Of a stretch of DNA of 20,000 nt, positions 15,740 through 20,000 are shown in pieces (position 1 is the stretch's first letter; each line of letters begins with the position of its first letter). The stretch comes from an uncultured virus (IMG/VR IMGVR_UViG_3300020375_000072) (taxonomy: Duplodnaviria; Heunggongvirae; Uroviricota; Caudoviricetes), in the IMG/VR virus record IMGVR_UViG_3300020375_000072; one strand, 5' to 3'. A model generated the notes under the pieces. That model was given only the letters and a program-made list of their open reading frames with translations, did not search any database and had not been told where the DNA came from. A program made the translations under genes and the position numbers.

Positions 15740-16061
15740 GAATAAGAAAGACGTAGAAAAAGATAGAATATTAGAGTGTTTAGAGAGTACCCTTACTGAG
15801 ATGATTTCTTCTACTGGAAACTTTGCTGAAGGAGAAATGACTTGGACTAACGCCGACTTATTTTTAAAATCTACAGATAATGTGGTAGTTAAGTTTAAAA
15901 TAGGCTATACTGATGAAGGAAATGTTACAGGAAAAATAACAACGTTTACTTTAGATGAAAATGGTGACCCACAACCATTTGATTTAAGTGATTTAATGAA
16001 GCCTGATGAAAAGATTAGATTAACTCCAGAAGAAGCACCAGAGGGAACCTTACTAAATTAA
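15738..16061 (+). CDS. Hypothetical acidic protein
   Basis: 107-aa ORF with AGGA SD at 15727-15730. Confidence 0.65.
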   Translation: MNKKDVEKDRILECLESTLTEMISSTGNFAEGEMTWTNADLFLKSTDNVVVKFKIGYTDEGNVTGKITTFTLDENGDPQPFDLSDLMKPDEKIRLTPEEAPEGTLLN

Positions 16062-16063
16062 TA

Positions 16064-16495
16064 ATGTCTTGGCGTGATAGAAATATGGAAGAAGTGAAAG
16101 TTGAACCCCGTGATCCATTCATGGGAAAAGATAAAGAAAGAAAGAATTTTTTTGTCAAGATTTCCAAAATAACAAACTCACCAAAATATGGAAAAGTTCA
16201 TGTCATTGAAGATAGATCTGAAAGACGTGGTATATTTTTTAAATATACAACTAAAGGTGAAATTCCAGAAGCTAGAGTGGGTGACTGTATAATTATTCAT
16301 GCCACATGTAATCATGGAAAGAATAGTTTAGATGGTCAAGACCAAACCTATTTTAATCGAGTTCAACTCATAAAAAATGTTGGTAGTACTGAAGATCCTA
16401 TCACTACTAACAATATAAGGTCAAGTGAAACTGATGTTCTTGAAGGTGAAACAAAACATTGGTCTGCCCAAGTAGAAAATTCCCAAAACATATGA
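16064..16495 (+). CDS. Hypothetical protein, possible OB-fold
   Basis: Beta-rich pattern: YGKVHVIED...VGDCIIIHAT..H...DGQDQT.FNRV. Confidence 0.55.
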   Translation: MSWRDRNMEEVKVEPRDPFMGKDKERKNFFVKISKITNSPKYGKVHVIEDRSERRGIFFKYTTKGEIPEARVGDCIIIHATCNHGKNSLDGQDQTYFNRVQLIKNVGSTEDPITTNNIRSSETDVLEGETKHWSAQVENSQNI

Positions 16496-17493
16496 GACCG
16501 AAATTAACAGTAATTGATGGTGGAAAATCTGATGATGACCCCGTTGAATTAATAGATCCAAAAGCTAACGGTGGAACTGAAATTCAAGCAAGAAGACTCT
16601 TTAGTGAATTACCAGACTTGTGTGATCAATTTGATTGGGTTTTATCTTATCCTAAAAAACCAATTGATCCCAAAAGACCAACCATTTTATGGATGCATGA
16701 AACCCCATTTGATCAGGGGATACAATCACAATTTAAAGACCCCAATTACTGCAAACAATTTGTTAAGATTGTATTTGTATCTTATTGGCAACAACAGATG
16801 TTTCATATTATGTATGGTGTGCCTTATGAAATTTCAATGGTCGTGCAAAATGCTATAGATCCAATTCATATAGAAGAAAAATCTTTAGGACAACCAATAA
16901 AATTAATTTATGCTTCAACGCCACATCGAGGATTGGATATATTATTAGATGTTGTTGAAAATGATTTGAATGATTTTGATTGGGAATTGGATGTATTTTC
17001 GTCTTTTAAATTATATAATAGACCAGCAAATGATATCCAATATCAAAAATTATTTGACAGATGTGAGAAGAATGATAGGATAAATTATTATGGTAATCGA
17101 CCTAATGAGGAAGTTAGGAAAGCTATGGTCGATTCTCATGTATTAGCATATCCTAATACATATTTGGAAACGTCGTGCATAGTCGCAATGGAGGCGATGA
17201 GTGCTAAAAATTTAATCGTCTGTCCGCAATTTGGAGCATTACCGGAAACAACTGGACAATTTGCTTGGACATATAATATGGAACATGATAAAAGTAGGCA
17301 TCGTTATCTTTTTTCACATCTTTTGAAAAATGTATTGATGACCTATGAAAATATAGATTGTCAAAATATGATAGGATTACAAAAAGTCTATGCAGACACT
17401 TTTTATAATTGGCAAATAAGACTTCAATTGTGGCAACAATTATTAGAAGGTCTGTCTGCGATGATACAACCACCAACTGGAAGGGCAAGTTAG
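16492..17493 (+). CDS. GT-B glycosyltransferase (GT4-like)
   Basis: GGTE, LWMHE, FVS.WQ, YASTPHRGL and YP..YLETSCIVAMEA (ExxxxxxxE). ATG 16492 overlaps the upstream TGA. Confidence 0.88.
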   Translation: MRPKLTVIDGGKSDDDPVELIDPKANGGTEIQARRLFSELPDLCDQFDWVLSYPKKPIDPKRPTILWMHETPFDQGIQSQFKDPNYCKQFVKIVFVSYWQQQMFHIMYGVPYEISMVVQNAIDPIHIEEKSLGQPIKLIYASTPHRGLDILLDVVENDLNDFDWELDVFSSFKLYNRPANDIQYQKLFDRCEKNDRINYYGNRPNEEVRKAMVDSHVLAYPNTYLETSCIVAMEAMSAKNLIVCPQFGALPETTGQFAWTYNMEHDKSRHRYLFSHLLKNVLMTYENIDCQNMIGLQKVYADTFYNWQIRLQLWQQLLEGLSAMIQPPTGRAS

Positions 17494-17573
17494 ACAACAT
17501 ACTAGAAGAAGATTCCCTGAACCTTCTAGGCATAACCTCTGTCCTTCCTCTTAACAATAAATTGAGAAACCAA

Positions 17574-18071
17574 ATGGCAAAAAAAGCAAAAGAAACCCCC
17601 AAACAGGCAGCAGAAAGAATGGCAAAATTGAGAGCCAAAAGAAAACCAGCCAAATATAAAAACATTTATCCATCAGTATTGGCGAAACCAGATGATGATC
17701 CACTTTCTCTTAAAAATGTGAAAGAATGGATTAAACATGCTAAAGAAGAGGCTTCTGCATTTGCTAGGTCTGCGAGAGGGTCTTCCCCAAAAGAAAAAAC
17801 AAAGTCACAAGCGTTGGCAGATAATAAATTAGGATATGTCCGTTTCATGGAACATTATTTGAGAACAGGTGATTGGATTTCAGATTATATGGGAAAAGAA
17901 GAAAATCAAAGAATAAATTGGAAATGTGTCGCAATGGCATATTATCCTGATGGCACACCAAAAAGAACAGCGGGGGTATGGTATCCAGATATTAAAAAGA
18001 AGTGGACTAATAATATGACAGTGATGAGTGAACTTGTTGCGATAACTGATAAACAATTTGTAGGAAAATGA
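17574..18071 (+). CDS. Basic hypothetical phage protein
   Basis: ATG 17574 avoids an 85-nt overlap with the GT gene. K/R-rich N-terminus; HYLRTGDWISD and AMAYYPDGTPKR..GVWYPD blocks resemble proteins I recall from marine T4-like phages. Confidence 0.7.
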   Translation: MAKKAKETPKQAAERMAKLRAKRKPAKYKNIYPSVLAKPDDDPLSLKNVKEWIKHAKEEASAFARSARGSSPKEKTKSQALADNKLGYVRFMEHYLRTGDWISDYMGKEENQRINWKCVAMAYYPDGTPKRTAGVWYPDIKKKWTNNMTVMSELVAITDKQFVGK

Positions 18072-18967
18072 TACTAGTAGATTTTAGTCAGGTGTTCATT
18101 GGCTCTTTTATGCAAGTAGCCAAACATGAGCCACCTGATGAGGATATGGTACGCCACGTGGCGTTGAATACCATACGATTTTATAATAAAAAATATAGTA
18201 AAGACTATGGTGAAATAGTTGTATGTTGTGATCATTATAATACTTGGAGAAAACAATTTTTTCCAGCTTATAAGGCGACAAGGAAATATAAGAGGGCGAA
18301 AGATGAAAAAGATTATATTTCTGGTAAAATTACATATACTTGGGATGAATTATTTAAAAGTCTAAATAAGGTTCGAGATGAGATAAAGGAATCATTACCT
18401 TACACAGTAATGCATGTAGAACACTGTGAAGCTGATGATGTCATCGCCGCTCTTTGTAAATATTTTCAAACTGAAGAAACCATTCCAACTGGAAATGGTA
18501 ATTTATTTGAAGAAAAACAAAAAATATTAATTATATCAAGTGATAAAGATTTTATTCAATTGCAACATTTTGATAATGTAACGCAATTTTCACCACTAAC
18601 TAAAAAGCATCTTATACATGAAGATCCTGTAGATTTTTTAGAAGAACATATTATTAGTGGTGATAGAAGTGACGGAATTCCTAATGTTCTATCGTCGGAC
18701 GATTGTTTTGTTCAAGGTCAGAGACAAACACCATTAACTAAGAAGAGGCTTTCTATAATAAAAGGGGGAGATCTTACAGAAAAAGAAAGTATTGGATATT
18801 CTCGAAATAAGACTCTCATAGATTTGAGTCAAATTCCGGAGAACATACAAACCAATATTATTCATGAATGGAAAACAACTGATCAATGTAACGATAGAAA
18901 GAAATTATTAAATTATTTCATTAAATTTAGACTTAAAAATTTAATGGATGTTATAGAGGACTTTTAA
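18068..18967 (+). CDS. rnh: T4-type RNase H / 5'-3' flap exonuclease
   Basis: MILVDFSQ, WRK.FFP.YKA.R, EADDVI, ISSDKDFIQL, GDRSDGIPN, RN..LIDL..IP and C-terminal YFIK.RLKNLM..IEDF. Confidence 0.93.
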   Translation: MILVDFSQVFIGSFMQVAKHEPPDEDMVRHVALNTIRFYNKKYSKDYGEIVVCCDHYNTWRKQFFPAYKATRKYKRAKDEKDYISGKITYTWDELFKSLNKVRDEIKESLPYTVMHVEHCEADDVIAALCKYFQTEETIPTGNGNLFEEKQKILIISSDKDFIQLQHFDNVTQFSPLTKKHLIHEDPVDFLEEHIISGDRSDGIPNVLSSDDCFVQGQRQTPLTKKRLSIIKGGDLTEKESIGYSRNKTLIDLSQIPENIQTNIIHEWKTTDQCNDRKKLLNYFIKFRLKNLMDVIEDF

Positions 18968-18969
18968 TT

Positions 18970-19452
18970 ATGGCAGATAGTATACCTTATATTTTTCAAG
19001 CGATACAAAACTCTCCAAAAAAGAATAGGATTAATATATTGAGACATATGGTCAACGGGCCACCCGCAAATGATCAAGTTAAACAAATATTAATTCACGC
19101 ATTTCATCCTAATATCAAGTTTTTACTACCACCGGGCACCCCACCTTATGTTTTTAGAGGAACTCCGGAGGGGTTTCCAATGACTTTGTATCCTGAAGTT
19201 CGCAAGTTTTATTTGTTTTGTGAAGGAGGTGGAGCAAACATAGACGGAATGAAGAGAGAACAAATTTTTATTGAATTACTCGAAACAATACATCCTGACG
19301 AAGCACAAGTGGTGATTGCTATGAAGGATAAAAAATTCACTGAACTTTATAGTAACATTACTTATGATCTAGTGAGGCAAGCTCTTCCAGAGATAAAGTT
19401 ACCAGCACCGGAGGCTAAGAAACCAAAGGGAAAAAAGCCTCAAAAAACTTGA
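18970..19452 (+). CDS. Conserved T4-like phage protein (DUF6433-like)
   Basis: LLPPG.PPY, L..EVRKFY.F..GG, KRE..FI.LLE..HPDEA.....KDKK and IT..LV..A.P pattern. Confidence 0.7.
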   Translation: MADSIPYIFQAIQNSPKKNRINILRHMVNGPPANDQVKQILIHAFHPNIKFLLPPGTPPYVFRGTPEGFPMTLYPEVRKFYLFCEGGGANIDGMKREQIFIELLETIHPDEAQVVIAMKDKKFTELYSNITYDLVRQALPEIKLPAPEAKKPKGKKPQKT

Positions 19453-19477
19453 CTTTTTCGAGAATATTTGATATAAT
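19449..19477 (+). promoter_or_regulatory. sigma70-type (phage early) promoter P3
   Basis: TTGACT-N17-TATAAT with extended TG, preceded by an A-tract. Same AACTTGAC...TGATA(C/T)AAT frame as P1 and P2. Confidence 0.8.
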
Positions 19478-19555
19478 AGTAGGAAATAATGAGAAAACCA
19501 TCACACAAGGTGATGATTCATTATGGTCTATTAAACCCTTCAAAAGAGATGAATT

Positions 19556-20000
19556 ATGAAGAAGGCGATATTAATTGCACTTGGTGCAATTGCGCTAGTA
19601 GGACTTACTGTTCCTACAGTTAGTGCTAAAGTAATAACAATGGATGGTGTAAAGTTTCAGGTATTTCAGGACCCTGATTCTGGTGAATTTACACTACTTC
19701 CAGTTAAAAAAGTCCCACTCGGCCCAAAAGTCACCAAACTTCCGGCCCTAAACCTACCAAAAGCAGTAGAATTAAAGAAAGAAGTACTATCAGAGAGTTC
19801 CTCTCCGTTAGGCGTACCTATGAATGCGTCTGAAAATATAGGAGTTATTTCTGAGAGTCCAGATAAGTCTGAAGTTACAGAAAAGACTGAATCTGATTCA
19901 GTTTACTATGAATATGTTTGTACTGTACCCTCAGGTTGTCCATTTAAAGATGGAAAATGTGTTGGATGTAAGAAAATCAAAGTATATGAAGAAAAAACGG
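19556..20000 (+). CDS. Exported hypothetical protein, 3'-truncated (missing from the ORF track)
   Basis: Open to the window end: MKKAILIALGAIALVGLTVPTVSA|KVITMDG... (signal peptide), P/S/E-rich linker, then CTVPSGCPFKDGKCVGC. Confidence 0.75.
   Translation, partial: MKKAILIALGAIALVGLTVPTVSAKVITMDGVKFQVFQDPDSGEFTLLPVKKVPLGPKVTKLPALNLPKAVELKKEVLSESSSPLGVPMNASENIGVISESPDKSEVTEKTESDSVYYEYVCTVPSGCPFKDGKCVGCKKIKVYEEKT

Noticed and set aside
17502..17529. Inverted repeat CTAGAAG...CTTCTAG in the intergenic gap
   Set aside because: 7-bp stem with a 14-nt loop and no U-tract; not enough for a terminator or ncRNA call.
17409..17573. N-terminal extension of the 220-aa ORF
   Set aside because: It overlaps the glycosyltransferase by 85 nt; ATG 17574 is a more plausible start.
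3187..18256. Numerous 60-183 aa minus-strand ORFs (e.g. 5830..6381, 17204..17665) and short alternate-frame plus-strand ORFs
   Set aside because: All lie over motif-bearing or well-packed + strand genes and show no motifs; they are shadow ORFs.
19489..19623. 44-aa Cys-containing ORF after promoter P3
   Set aside because: It overlaps the better signal-peptide ORF out of frame, and its SD lies at the predicted transcription start.
1..20000. Stop-codon reassignment, tRNAs, CRISPR arrays, introns/inteins, transposases
   Set aside because: Genes are full-length in the standard code with TAA, TAG and TGA all used as stops. I saw no cloverleaf, repeat-spacer array, split gene or mobile-element motif.

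Overview
AT-rich, gene-dense window with every credible gene on the + strand and many overlapping stop/start codons. It most likely comes from a large T4-like (myovirus-type) bacteriophage, probably aquatic or marine: it carries a T4-type RNase H, a DUF6433-like gene, a RuvC-like resolvase, consensus sigma70-type early promoters and (A/C)TAAATA late-promoter-like boxes. Three blocks are visible. (1) About 1-7735 is a tailoring-enzyme array: GT9-like glycosyltransferase, three related divergent 2OG-Fe(II) oxygenases plus a short fourth, a twitch/SPASM radical SAM, a flavin-dependent halogenase and a SAM methyltransferase. (2) About 7732-14927 is an auxiliary metabolic cassette: isocitrate lyase, three different type I phosphoribosyltransferases, a BMP-family binding protein and an NCS2-like permease, with two paralogous IPNS-family dioxygenases bracketing most of it. 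This looks like a phage-borne nucleobase uptake/salvage system, and three of its genes have GGA-loop hairpins at or next to their ribosome-binding sites. (3) About 14930-20000 holds phage core and hypothetical genes. All functional calls come from motif recognition by eye; no database searches were run.
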